Assembly (NCBI GenBank): GCA_977017645.1
Contig: OZ360224.1
Location: 80,538,001-80,602,000 of the forward strand
Length of the DNA: 64,000 bases
Direction: 5' to 3'
Source: Torpedo marmorata
Lineage: Eukaryota
Both the position numbers and the translations under genes were made by a program. Numbering within the stretch: position 1 is the stretch's first letter; every line of letters begins with the position of its first letter. Below the pieces are notes generated by a model that was not told the origin of the DNA, ran no database searches, and was given only the letters and a program-made list of their open reading frames with translations. Shown here in pieces: positions 47,861 to 60,664 of this stretch.

Positions 47861-49693
47861 CATATCCCGATAGAACCTGCGAATTCAAGGCGTTATTTAT
47901 GGAGTGTTTGAAAAGGAAGCGGTATCGCTTTCCAACTCAACTACTGAATACAACACGTACATTCGAGGTTATTTAAATTTAGCCTTCGTGTAAGACAGGC
48001 GATATCAGTTTGGATAGACGCTCGGTAAACAGGCTCCTGACTTTGAAGCGAAGATGGACAAAAATGGTTCGGGCAAAGGGTGAAAACACTCTTAGACTAA
48101 AATAAACATTGCGTCTTCATGTGGCCGTTTTATTGACCTTATGATGGAGAAATAAAGGCAAGGGTCTAAGTAAAATTCTTTGAAATTTTATGTTACAAAG
48201 TTTAGTTTTTACATTAACAATGGTGAAATTCCACAATAAATACCTTGGACTCAATCTTCTTAAAATCTAAACAAAATTGAAAAGCACAGTTTTTTTTTTT
48301 GGCACCTCGGAGTATGGAAGATAAATACATCTGCACTGTGGTATTTGTTTCATCTGTGTGTGCCAGTCATCTCCAGTTTGCAATTAGACTCTGATTAATA
48401 TTGAACACTATCTCCACCCCAGTTCCTAATGTTTCTTTTTGAAGGATGAAAGAACTGCCTTAACTTACTGCTTGTGAACTTACATTGTTCTTGAATGCCT
48501 GCTTCTTTGTTTTCTCATTATTAAGACACACCACACACACACACACACAATTTTCTTATATCTGGTAATGTTGAGTGGTTTCTGAACATTTATGTGATCT
48601 GTTTTAACAGAACTTTACTTGTATATTCAAATGCAGTTATGTAATTGTAACAAGACCATGTAGTGTTTTTATATCTTATTTCAGTATTCTTCCTGAACAT
48701 TTTATAGTATTATTTATTTTAAAATGTTTAAAATAAAGCAAAATGTTTGCATAAAACCAATTGAATCTTTCAATCCATGCAAACAGAACCAAGAAGTTGG
48801 GTGTATAACAGCTCTCAGTAATGGTGGGGCCATGGCATTATAAGAACCATGAAAAATATATATCTTTAGACAAGGAAAGTGTGGCATTAAATTAATTTTA
48901 AGATCTACCATGTCATTCATTTCATCAAAACAGAAAGTTATGGGATGTTTCTTTCTGTGTAATTTAAAAAAATGTTTTTGTGTTTTTCTCCCTTCATGTA
49001 TTACATATGAAGCCAGAAGAAATAAATGCTTAAAAATCCATGTACATTCCTAAAACAGTGGGTGAATATAATGTTGGTCCAAACTTCAGTATGCCTCTTT
49101 GAAAGCATCTTACAATGAGCTTTGCCTATACATTAGCTGTTTAATGGTTGTTCAATCAAGAGACATGAGAATCAAGCACATGAGACCTCCACATCTTACT
49201 GGGATTTTGCCAACTATTCCTATATCTTGGTATAAATTGATCCAGTAACAACCTGCATTTATAAAGCCCCATTTAACTTGGAATTTAACACACAGGTGCA
49301 TGTCACCAAGATGCATGAGAAAGATAGATAGCCAGCTGAATATTTAGAGGAGGTGATCATAAATGGGGTTATGAGGTACAAGGAAATTCCAGTGCGGGGC
49401 CTAAATAGCTGTAAGCTTGACCGTGAGTGATGGAGATCTGCGATTCTCAACCTGAATGTAGAAATGGAAGCAAACAAAATATAGCCAATGCTGAAAATTC
49501 AACTAATTAACAAAAAAGGATGCTGGCAACAGTCAGCAAATTAGATGGGAAAAGGAGAGATGTCAACTTTTGAAGATTGTGGAAATTTCAGATTACAACT
49601 AAGAATTTTAATTTAATGGATTTGGCAAGCCGATGGGAGGAGGATAGTTGGCTGGTCGTGTAGTGAAGACCAGAGTCATTGAGCTATACAGAA

Positions 49694-50582
49694 GTAAATC
49701 ACGAAAATCTGTAGACACCGTGGTTGAAGTAAAAACACAAAATGCTGGAGAAGCTCAGCAGGTCAACCAGTGTCCTTCATGTAGCAAAGGTAAAGATACA
49801 TAACCGACGTTTCGGGCTTGAGCCCTTCATCAAAGTGTGAGAAAATGCCGGCAGGCGTCCAAACAAAAGGGTGGGGGGGAAGGGGTGGCAAAGGCAGGAG
49901 ATGATAGATGGAGAAAGGAGGGAGGGGACAGCAGCAATGAGGGGGAGGAAGGATGGCTGGGTGGGTGGAAGAACTGGAAAGACAGAACAGGGGGAGGGGA
50001 AAGAAAAGGCTAGCAGGTTTAGTGGAAAGCAGAAAAGTCAATGTTCATGCCATCTGGCGGGAGAGTGCCCAGACGGAAAATAAGATGTTGTTCCTCCAAT
50101 CTGTGGGTGATCAGGGTGCGATGGTACACAAGACCATGGACGGACATGTGAGCACGGGAGCGTGACTCGAAATTGAAATGGTTGGCCACTGGGAGGTCGC
50201 TGTTGTTGCAAACGGAGCAGAGGTGCTGAGCGAAGCGATCTCCCAGTCTGCGACCGGTCTCTCCGATGTATAGAAAGCCACAAAGTTCTCTGGAAGTACA
50301 AGTGAAGTGTTGCTTCGCTTGGAAGGCCTGTTTGGGGCCCCGGAACATGGTGAGGGGGGAGGTGTGGGCGCAGGTGTTGCACCTCCTACGGGCACAGGGG
50401 AAGGTGCTGGCGGGGGTGCGATGGGTGGGGAGTGATGAGTGCACAAGGGAATCGTGGAGGGAGCGGTCCCTGCGGAAGGCCAAGAGGGGAGGAGAAGGAA
50501 AAATGTGTCTGGTGGTGGAATCCTGTAGTAAGTGCTGGAAATTCCAGTGGATAATGTGTTGGATGCCGAGGTTGGTGGGGTG
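49694..50582 (-). mobile_element. 5'-truncated Penelope-like insertion with internal deletion
   Basis: Reverse complement of 45665-46578, lacking the IYCIRCSL segment; TSD GAGCTATACAGAA at 49681-49693 and 50583-50595. Confidence 0.92.
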
Positions 50583-51340
50583 GAGCTATACAGAATGGAA
50601 TCTTTCCCTTCAGTCCAACTCATCCAATCTGACGAGGTTGTTCATTCATAAAAGTCCCATTTGCCTGCTTTTGCCCCACATCCCTCCAAACCTTTCCTAT
50701 CCAAGCACCTGTCTAAATGTCTTTTAAATGTCACATTTATACCCACCTCAACAGCTTCCTCTGGCAGCTTATTCCTATATCCACCACCCTCTGTGTGAAA
50801 AAGTTGCCCCTTTTAAATCTCACGTTAAACCTGTGCGCTCTAGTTTTAGACTCTCCTAACCTGGGGAAAAGACTGACAATTCATTTTATCTATGTTCCTT
50901 GTCATTTGTATTTCTTTATAAGATAACCCCTCAGCCTCCTGTGCCCCAGGGAAAAATGTCCTTGTCTATCCAGCCTCTCCTTATAACTCAAATCCTCCAG
51001 TCCTGGTAACGTTCTCGTGAATCTTTTCTGCACCCTTTCTGCTTTACCAGGGAGACCAGAACTGCACATAGTAATCAATATGTGGCCTTACCAAAACCTT
51101 TTACATATGTAACATGAAGTTCCAACTCCTCTACTCAGTGCCTTGACAAATGAAGGCAAGCATGCCAAAAACCTTTTACACCACCCTGCCTAGCCTTGTT
51201 GCCTCCTTCAGAGTACAATGTACCTGTACCTCTCTGTTCCAGAGCACTTTCCAGAATCCTGCAATGTAGTGTTACATTTCATCTCCCATTCCTTTGCCCA
51301 ATTTCCCCATTGATCTAAATCCAGTTGCAAACTTAAACAA
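50583..51340 (-). mobile_element. CR1 3' fragment (target of the PLE above)
   Basis: CCACCACCCTCTGTGTGAAAAAGTTGCCCC...GACCAGAACTGCACA...ATGAAGGCAAGCATGCCA. Confidence 0.8.
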
Positions 51341-51974
51341 CTTTGGTTAGTGTATAGTACTTGTTACAAGAGAGTTTTGGAACCTCTATATAGTGCATGG
51401 AGAGTTCAGAGAGGGAAGAATTGGGAAAGGTACAGATGAAGACTTCAGCAGCGGATGATTCAAGGTAGATGATGTTATAATTGTACTTGTTACTGAAGCA
51501 AACTTAAGGGGTTGGGAAGGCTCTGGAAAGCAGAGGTTCCAAATAATGTAGGAATGGTATGAAACTAAGGGTGGAAGGTGAGGCCACTTTAAAATTATCA
51601 ATGTTTAGTTGGAAGAAATTGGGGTTCACACAAGAAAATGTTCGAAGAGTGTTCCATCTGGGTTTTGCCTTGTTTGACCTTGAATAATAAAATTCAATCC
51701 AGTTTTGTTTGATCCACTTTTACGATCTGGGCATTATTGTTAAGGCCAATGCCATCCCAGATGAATTATTTATTCACTTACAGGCAGACAATAACTGCAA
51801 CATTAAGAACACATCTTGTCCTCCATCTGCATTTACTTTTTTTTATTTAAACTTGGTTACAAATACAGTAAATGATTGTCAGTTCCCTTAGAAATACAGT
51901 AAAAACCTACACATACAAATTTTACACCTTCAAAAGAATGAAGAGAATAAGATTGAGATATCACTGATACTAAA

Positions 51975-52420
51975 TGCAATATAGGCAGGTATTACTCGTT
52001 GATAGTTCTGCAGTGAACCCACTGCCATTCATGACAATCGTGGCAGTGAGCCCACCACATTTATCATGATATTAGTAGTGATAGTATTGACTCCTGACAA
52101 GGCAAATATCTGTGATGTTCTTGATAGAACAGGCAATTATACAATTCCCATTATCTGCTGTTAGTGGGAATAATGCTACTGGCATTCTATTATTCATGTA
52201 GCAATACCATTGGCACTGATTGCAATGTAGGCAATGATGCTATTGACATTGACTGCTCTGCAGGCAATGATATCATTGACATCAATACAGAGTCTTACCA
52301 TTGCCACCAATTATCATAAATGCAGTGAAACTGCCAATCATTCCGATGGTGTCAGTGATACCTTTGCATGCATTCATATTTAGACAGTGACACAATTGCC
52401 ATTCCATCATCATTCCCATT
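51975..52420. repeat. Highly diverged minisatellite, unit about 30-35 bp
   Basis: Recurrent GGCA(G/A)TGA(T)...ATTG(A/C)CATT motif. Confidence 0.55.
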
Positions 52421-52689
52421 TACACTAAAGAGACAGATGTTCCGTGCAATGATAGGAAACAGTAGTGAGTTGAAGGAACAAGAAAAAGATGGAGGTATGT
52501 GGAATTTAATGTTGCGATATGGAAAGTTAATAGGAAATACTGGAATGGTAAATATGAACAGATGTATTATTCAAGTTTCCAATTAATATTATTTGTTTCT
52601 GTAATAGTAATAAACAATTATACATAACTGAAGCTCTCAAACCCAAGTACACTGAATTGTGAAAATAAGATGAAAGTTCAAAAAAAAAA

Positions 52690-52925
52690 CTACAAATGGT
52701 GGAAATCTGAAATTAAAAAGGAAAATGCTGGAATACACTACAGATTGGGCATCTATGGAAAGAGAAAAAGAGTTAACGTTTTCAGGTCAAAAACCCTCCA
52801 ACAAAACTGAGAACAACTTTTTCCCAGTTTTGATGTAGGCCCTTTGACCCAAAACTTTAACTCTGTCTCTCTTTCCACAAATGTTGCTCGACCTGCTAAA
52901 TATTTCCAGTAATTTCTGTTTTTAC
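52690..52925. mobile_element. Old PLE fold-back element
   Basis: GGAAAGAGAAAAAGAGTTAACGTTTTCAGGTCAAAA inverted to TTTGACCCAAAACTTTAACTCTGTCTCTCTTTCC. Confidence 0.7.
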
Positions 52926-54019
52926 TATTTATGTAAAAATAAGGTGATTTTTTTTTTTAAGGTTACAATTATTTCACCTACATTGACCATCTTTAACTGC
53001 CTGCATGAATGTAGGCACATCTATAGATGGATTATTTCAACTAAATAGTCAGAACAATGCTACATATGGCAGTTATTTAGTTCAGATTTGAGACTGGTGC
53101 TGATATTGTTTAAGAGACAGTGAGATTAATACATTTTGCTTTCTGTAGCCATTTGACATTTCCAGCAATTTATTTTCATTTAAAATGTAATCAATGTACT
53201 TAATTTAAACAATACTATTTCAGAACCTTTTTTTTTAACCAATAACCAGATTAAATCAGGGAGTTCAACCTTCATGCAATTAGGTGCATCTGGGTGTAGT
53301 TAAGCATGTACTCCTTACAATGATGCTGAGCAGGTAATAAGCATAAGGACTGAAATGCTACAAACAATATAAAACCTAAAAGAGCTGAAAGAAGTTCTGC
53401 ACAAAGCACCCATTTAAGTTATCCATGACTATCATCAACAATAGTCTGATTGAACTAAAATATAAGGAATGATGGACATAAGAGTTCAAATAGGGCAGGC
53501 TGAAAGTCAGAAGGCCCAATCCCTCTCCAGATGTGTGCATTTCACCTTCCAAAGTGTCATTAACTCATTAGACTCAAGCCATAATTAAGTGCAATCTGAA
53601 ACTTCTAATAAGACATATGACCACATGGTTCATTTTCCAATGATTCGTCACAGTTAATGGCAATTCAACTACACATCTGAGGACTTGTGCTTCCATTGCT
53701 TAAGCTCTGGTTGCACCATCACACGAATGAAATACCTGTCAGCAATTCCTCAAGTTACTCAGTTGAAAACAGGCAGTGACTGTAAAGTGCATTCAGTATG
53801 AATCAGACAATGAACTCAGTCTGAGAAGGAAATGTTTGCATTATTTTGGGTCCATGCTATCATCTATTTACTAAAGCTCAAACACAAGAGCTATTTAAGG
53901 TTGAAATAAAGTCTTTTTGATTGTTTTGTTCTTGATAGGCAATGACCACCTACAACTCATGCTGGAAAATGGGTTGACAGGCAAGCCCCATGCTCCTGAT
54001 TTTTTTCCAGGGAAGCTAC

Positions 54020-54800
54020 CCATCATACAACACAGGCCACTCAGCCCATTATGTCCATGCCAACCAATCTGTGTTAATCCCATTGACCAGCATTTGGTCC
54101 ATAACCTACTATGCACTGGAGATTCATTGCTAGTCCAGAAGCTTCTGGATGATAAAAAATCTGCCTCAGATCCCGTGTAAACCTCATACTCAGCTTAAAC
54201 CTATACCTTTGTCTTAGATACCTCTGCTATGGGAAGAAGATTCTCTCTCTCTCCCTCCCCCTCTCCCATCTACTCTATCCAAGAAAAGAAAGCTGTGGTC
54301 TCTCCTCATAATTGAAAGCCTTCATCCGCTTACTAATATCCTGGTGAATTTTCTCTGCATCCTCACAAGCATAATCACATCCTAGAGTTTGGAAACAAGA
54401 ACTACACACAATATTCCAGCTGACACCTAACCAATATGCTATGAATTTGTACCAAGATCTCCCTACGATTACATTCTATGCCCTGCGTATACAAGACAAG
54501 CATCCAGTATGCCCTATTCACCATCCTATACACCTGTGCAGCACATTCAGGGATGTTTACACTTGATCGTCAAAGTCCTTCTGGCCCTCAACACTCAATG
54601 GCCTGTAATTATATGGCATCTTTCTGCTGCCTTTTTTGAATAATCGTACCACATTTACTGTCCTGCAATCAATAGGTATCTTACCTGAGGTCAGTGGAGA
54701 TCTTAAAATCTCCATCAGGATCACAGCAATCTCCACCCTTCCTCCTATATCAACATAGGATGGATCGCATCATCAGACCCTGTAGATTTATTCCCCTTAA
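54020..54800 (-). mobile_element. Degenerate CR1 fragment(s)
   Basis: ACACAGGCCACTCAGCCCA tail; AAGAACTACACACAATATTCCAG. Confidence 0.6.
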
Positions 54801-54829
54801 TGCCAGCTAAGATATCTGATATTAATCCT

Positions 54830-55105
54830 TTTTAAATTTATATTTTTAATTTAGACATACAGCACGGTAACAGCCCTCTCCGTTCCACAAGCCCATGACT
54901 TCCAATTATACCCAATTGACCTACAACCCTGGTACGTTTTGGTGGGAGAAAACCGGAGCACCCAGAGGAAACCCACGCAGACACGAGGAGAACGTACAAA
55001 CTCCTTACAGACAGCGCGGGATTCGAACCCTGGCCGCTGGCGCTGTAACAGTGCTGCGCCAACCGCTACGTTAACCGTGCTGCCCTCTATGCTAACCGTG
55101 CCGTT
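54830..55105 (-). mobile_element. tRNA-derived SINE with duplicated 5' head
   Basis: Reverse complement of the family; GCACGGTTA(G/A)C occurs twice at the 5' end. Confidence 0.85.
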
Positions 55106-57134
55106 AGTTCTAACATGCTCTGGAATTTCACCATCCCAACTGAAATCTCCACTTACAAATTCTGTCCCCTTAGCGAATACAAATGAAAATTTCCTCTGGC
55201 TCCACATGCAGATTGCCCTTTTGGTTCGTAACGACCCTCACTCTTTCCTTGGTTACCCTCTTGATCTTAATCTACATAAAATGCTTGGGGCTTTCTTTAT
55301 GACATTTTGTGTCCTCACTTTTCCCTCCTAATTTCTCTTTTAATCACCCCCTAAACTTTCTATACTCCTGAGGAGCCTCCCCCATTTTCTGTGCTCCACA
55401 CCGATCATTTGCTTCCTATTTTTACTTTGACAAACCCATGATATTCCTTGTCATCCAGATATCCCTGGACCTCTTGTACTTGCCTTTCAGCCTTACTGGA
55501 ACACATTACTTTAGAAATCTTACTGCACTAAAAAACATTGGAAAGGTCTCTACTTCCAGTTTTGGGTACATTTTGGTTTTAACCATAACTTTCAGATACA
55601 ATAATGAAGGAAGCTTCTGAGAAAACTTAGTTGATGGCAATTCAATTTTAATTTTACAAACCCGTTAACATGTTCTTGAAAAGAACTGGGATATTTCAAT
55701 CTAAAATTTTCAAATTGGGGCACGCATTGTTAAAAAATTCCAAAATGAGTTTGCATTATTCATTCTCCAGTTTTGCAACATTTAAAGACACTGTCTTAAT
55801 TGTTTGCTATTAACCTGGAAACTCCCATGATATCTTAATGCCTCGTTTAACATTTCATTTCAAATTATTCCTATTGTCATTCAATTATAGATATTGGTGA
55901 CACTAATGCAGCACCATAAAATGGAAAATTGAAAATGTTCAGAGCCAAATTGTTGCCAACATCCTTTGAATGTTCATTAGTGTCTCCTCACTCCCCTATT
56001 TTGAAGAACTGGGTTACTAGGTTAGGTAAAATTGGTTATCAAGGGAAAATGTGTGAGGTAATTAGCTGGAACTCGTTTCAATAAAACATGATAAATGATA
56101 AAGATGAGTAAAATATTTCTCAGATAATAACTGATGGTTAATAGTCAATAAACTTGTACTGTACAAATTACATCACAACTATTAATGCTTCAGCGTGGAT
56201 TGTAATTTGATTTTGGGAAATACGATGACAAGGTCCTAAAGTGGAATAACACAACTTCCTGAGAAAGAGAGAGAGATAAAGACTGTGTGTGTGTGTGTAT
56301 GTGTGTCTATGTTTGTGTATTTGCATACATATGTACACTAGAGTTCATGTGTGGGAATGTATTAACAGGTTATAAAATATTTCCAACACATTCTTGTAGC
56401 TTGTGAATCATTCAGTAAACATTAGTGGCCTTTAATCATGCCAGCTATTCTCCATTACTGTAACTGTTTGTTTATTTACAGCGATAGCTGGTGAGGCTGA
56501 TTGCATTTAACAACTGTCAGAGATAAGAGTGGGGTATTTGTAAAGGAAATGTAATGCTAAAAGCTGTTGGCTAAGAGACAGATAAATAAACAAAGACTGA
56601 AAAGAAAACATAATGATCAGGGAAGCAGAGGAGGATGGAATATATGAGAAGATAGCATAATGTGTTAATGCAAACATCACACAATGACATGTGGATATGT
56701 CACAAGATAATGTGGAGATCACCAGACAATATACACATTACAGAATTAAACAAGCAAGCATCAAAAGTACTATACACATTTCACAGGGTAAATGTACGTA
56801 TATATCACGGATAGTATATATAACACAATGTAATGTTATATACCACGATAAAGACAATTAATTCACTGGTTTATAATAAACAAGTCTTATTCCTTATTTA
56901 CTCCGGACTGCAAAGGATCAGGAAAGGTACTGACATTAACTTTGATTGGTTAGATATTCCAGCCCAGTGTGTTTAACATCTTCAGTGAAATACTCTGATA
57001 TAACAGCTGCTTGTCTGTTTAAATTACAGGTAAAGAACTGTTGTTACCTCAAGGACAAACCCCAGGTTCAAGTTGATTACATCTGGAAATCACATTCAGT
57101 TGAGATCTGTGCTGGCACTTCTAGGGAGTTAGAA

Positions 57135-57450
57135 TATAGAACCTAGAACAGTACAGCACAGGAACAGGCCCTTCATCCCACGTATCTGTGCTGAACATGA
57201 TGTCCAAATCAAACTAAAAATCTGCTGCTTGCTCCTTATAGATATCCCTCCATCCCTCCGCATTCATGTGCCTATTCAGAAGCTTCTCAAATGCTACCAT
57301 TAATCTGTTTCTGCCACTGTTCCTGGCAGCCCGTTCCAAGCACTTACCACTCCTTGTGCAAAATATTTGCCTTGCACATCTCCCCTAAACTCCCTGCCCC
57401 CTCACCTTAAATGCATGTCCTCTAGAGTGTGATGGGGAAAAGATTCTGAC
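57135..57450 (-). mobile_element. CR1 3' end
   Basis: TAGAACAGTACAGCACAGGAACAGGCCCTTC antisense tail. Confidence 0.75.
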
Positions 57451-58229
57451 TGGACTTAAAATATCCTGCAGCAATTAAAACTAGTAAAACTAGATTTATT
57501 AAATGGCCTTATTCTTTCTCTAGATTAGGGGAGTAAATATAGTTTAAGGAAAATTTGTAAAATGGCTGGGTGCTGGTTCGACAGCGTTCTTGTTGATAGA
57601 AGCAACAGGTCAAGGTATATAATAAGCAGCCCACGTTTCTCAATTTCGCTCAGTAATACCAGCAGCAAAAGTTCGCTTTTATTGTCCAGGAATTGGATTT
57701 TACCTCTTTACAATGCACAAAGCATTTGAGCTTAGAAATATGATCCAGTAGCATCAGTTGTTTCTGCGGTATTCGCATACATTGATTTAACTGGGTTGGA
57801 TTGCACAAGCAATCATTTCAGGGTGAAATAGCTCGCACTGAGAAATCGCCTCAGAAACCTTTCTATGCATTTCACCTCAGTGGGGCTGACTTTCAGCCGG
57901 TGCCGCTGAGCACCTGTTGATGTCACTCATTGAAGATCACATATTCCCTTCATTGCCAGTATGAATGGGAGAAAGGAGCAACCCATGTCCAACAAGGAGC
58001 ACATTGCACTATGTGGCATTGCCACGATTTGAAGAGACATTTTGCTGACATCAGGACACCTGAATGGACTGCTGCTCAAGCACCACCAAAAAAATCACGG
58101 TGTTCTGCATCTATGTTATTTTTACAGCATTAAATTGCAGAGAGACCCTTTCAAGGGAAGCCTCAGCGGGTGTTACCACTGACAACTCTTCATTCCTGAA
58201 GGGTTCCAGTGTGGATCAGGGAGCTTGGA

Positions 58230-59000
58230 GCAAGAGGCAAATGTATGCTCGTCAGAGAAGACACTACTTCCACAGAATCTGCAAAGGCACCACATCTTAA
58301 CTGAACTTCTTTGATGACCAATGTCTTAGCACATTCAGATTCTCTAAGGCTGTCTTCACTTAAATGTGAGAGCTGTGGGGAGAGCTTTGAGCATGCTCAC
58401 GACTCTGGACTTTTCTTTGTCCAGGTCAAGGTTATCTTCTTGCCATCAAACAGACACAGCAGATCTCTCCCAGTTTGTTCCCCACCACTGCATTACAAGT
58501 CAGCCAGACACTGTAATTGCAGTGGAGATGACTTCTACTTTGGTTTCAGTCACAGCCACCAGGTACCAAGGCCCATAGCTAGCTTCCCTCTGTGTGGGCA
58601 ACCTCTGAATAAGCTCCCATAAGGGCTCCCATTAACAACCTGAATCTTTACAATGAGGAAAAGGTTTTCACTCTCTGAGCATGCAGGTTGTTCAGGATCA
58701 TCGGAGGGATTTCCTCAGGGAAGTATCACATTCCCAGGAAGCTCATGATCAAGAAGACCAGTCTGCCGGACATTTTCAATGACCACCGTGCGTGAATGGG
58801 TGCACTTCTGGGGGCAAGCACTCCACAGACCAATTCACAGCAGCCACCGAGTGCCCACCCCCCACTACAACAGGAGGCAAGCAAGGACCAGAATCATCAT
58901 GGAGATTCTGATGAATGTTTCACTCGGGGAAGCTCTGCGGTATATTGTCATCAGATGCAGAGACTTCATTATTGTGCTGAACTGCAGCCAATCGAGTCAT
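58230..59000 (+). pseudogene. PIF/Harbinger transposase fossil
   Basis: Frameshifted motifs in order: LNFF, KGFHSLSMQVVQDH...FPGS-HD (58660-58749), YNRRQARTRIIME, GEALRY...IIVLNC. Confidence 0.7.
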
Positions 59001-59303
59001 CCGGCGACAGCAGACAGCGCGGGGGCAGATCGGCCTGCAGCCAGGGACCCTTAGTGCCATGCGACTGAGGAACAGAAGGAAGAAAACAACTGAGATCCCT
59101 AACTCGGTGGCTGTTTGCAAATGGCGACAACCCCTTCGCCACGCACTGACCCATGGGTTGCTCCCTCACCTGGAGTTGCTTTAGGACGGAGCTTGCCACT
59201 AGTGTCACAGATGCATCTGACCCACGAGCGCGTCCCTGGGGCAGGCAGGTGTGAGCAACAGGTGCAGCTTTGTGAGGTACCCAGGTGGTGAGAGCACGCT
59301 CCC

Positions 59304-59750
59304 TGGCACGGTTAGCACAACACTATTTCAGCGCCAGTGACCTAGGTTCGAATCCGGCGCTGTCTGTAAGGCGTTTGTGCATTCTCAAAGTTCAAAGTTC
59401 CTTTTATTGTCACGTAATAATACATTAAAAATGTAACATACATGATATATTTTAACTTTTGTCTGCCATAAGGCAAAGAAAGAGTCGCCATGAGCCGGGC
59501 ACCCCTAACAATAGGAGAAAGAGAAGCAAAATAGAGTCCCTTTCAGAGACACTGAGTGTTTGTGGATTCACCTCCAGTGCTCCCACAGCCTCTGCAGCTA
59601 CACAGACACCTGTTCGATTTATCGGCAAACCGAGTCTGTGTGGGTTTCCTACCATGTTCCAAAGACGTAATGTGTCAGTAGGTTAATTGGTCACATGGGT
59701 GTATTTGGGCTCGTGGGCCGGAAGGGCCTGTTGGCGTGTTGTATCTCTCA
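59304..59750 (+). mobile_element. tRNA-derived SINE interrupted by a minus-strand non-LTR 3' fragment (59387-59629)
   Basis: SINE head up to ...TGCATTCTC, resuming at CCGAGTCTGTGTGGG; the insert ends in AATAAAAG(GAACTTT)2 on the minus strand. Confidence 0.8.
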
Positions 59751-60506
59751 AAACAATTGAAGGGGAGCAGGCGAGCATATAAAGGAAAATCTTGGGATCA
59801 AACATGTGACATTAAAATATATGATTGGAGATTTATGTTATATATTTTCTCCTGATCATTGCGAAGGCAATTTATGCCCAACTACTAATCCAAATTTTAA
59901 TTTAAATTCTGTTTTAAAAGCGTTTTCTGAGATGAAAATTCACAGTTCCTTCTGCGAGCATTTACAAGCAGCCGGCTCTTGAATTTTTCCATGTGTTGGA
60001 TTGTGTTGACGTGACATGATTGTAAGCAGCTCGATGATAGGATATTCTGTTGAGTTTGCTTGCTGTGTGTACATTCTGCTGAATCTGTATGGCGAGGGTT
60101 AATAATTCACAGCTAATATTTTGAACACTAATCTCCATTGTCGGTGGTACATCCAGGGCCCCTGACTTTGCATCTACTGCAGAGTCCATGTGGCAGATAT
60201 CACAGAAACACACAAACTCACACTTGGAAAACCAATTCTGTATTAACTCGAGACTGAATACCTTTGTCATGTCCAAGCTACCGGGTGTTCAATCAATCCC
60301 CTGTAAACAATTGTGAAATTGGACAAAAATAGGGTGAAGCCAGACATCAAAGCAGCCAGATGTCCTGCTCTGCTGAACCTGCCTGAGAAATGAAGCTGGT
60401 GGTCTAACAGGTGCTGCTGCATGTTCGGCAGCTTTCATCTCCTTGAAGTTTGACCATTTAATGCTTCGTCGGGATAATCTAACAATACACGAACAACAAA
60501 AGGAAA

Positions 60507-60664
60507 AACACACAGTAAATGCTGGAGGAACTCAGCCGGTCTCATAGAGTCCATAGGAGGTAAAGATATATCTTTACCTCCTATGGACTCTGCGAGACCG
60601 GCTGAGTTCCTCCAGCATTTACTGTGTGTTTTTACAACAATCACAGCGTCCATGTTTCATTCCT
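60507..60664. mobile_element. Spacer-less palindromic PLE pLTR derivative
   Basis: 60504-60633 is a palindrome with 65-bp arms and 2 mismatches; TSD AACAACAAAAGGAAA at 60492-60506 and 60665-60679. Confidence 0.9.
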
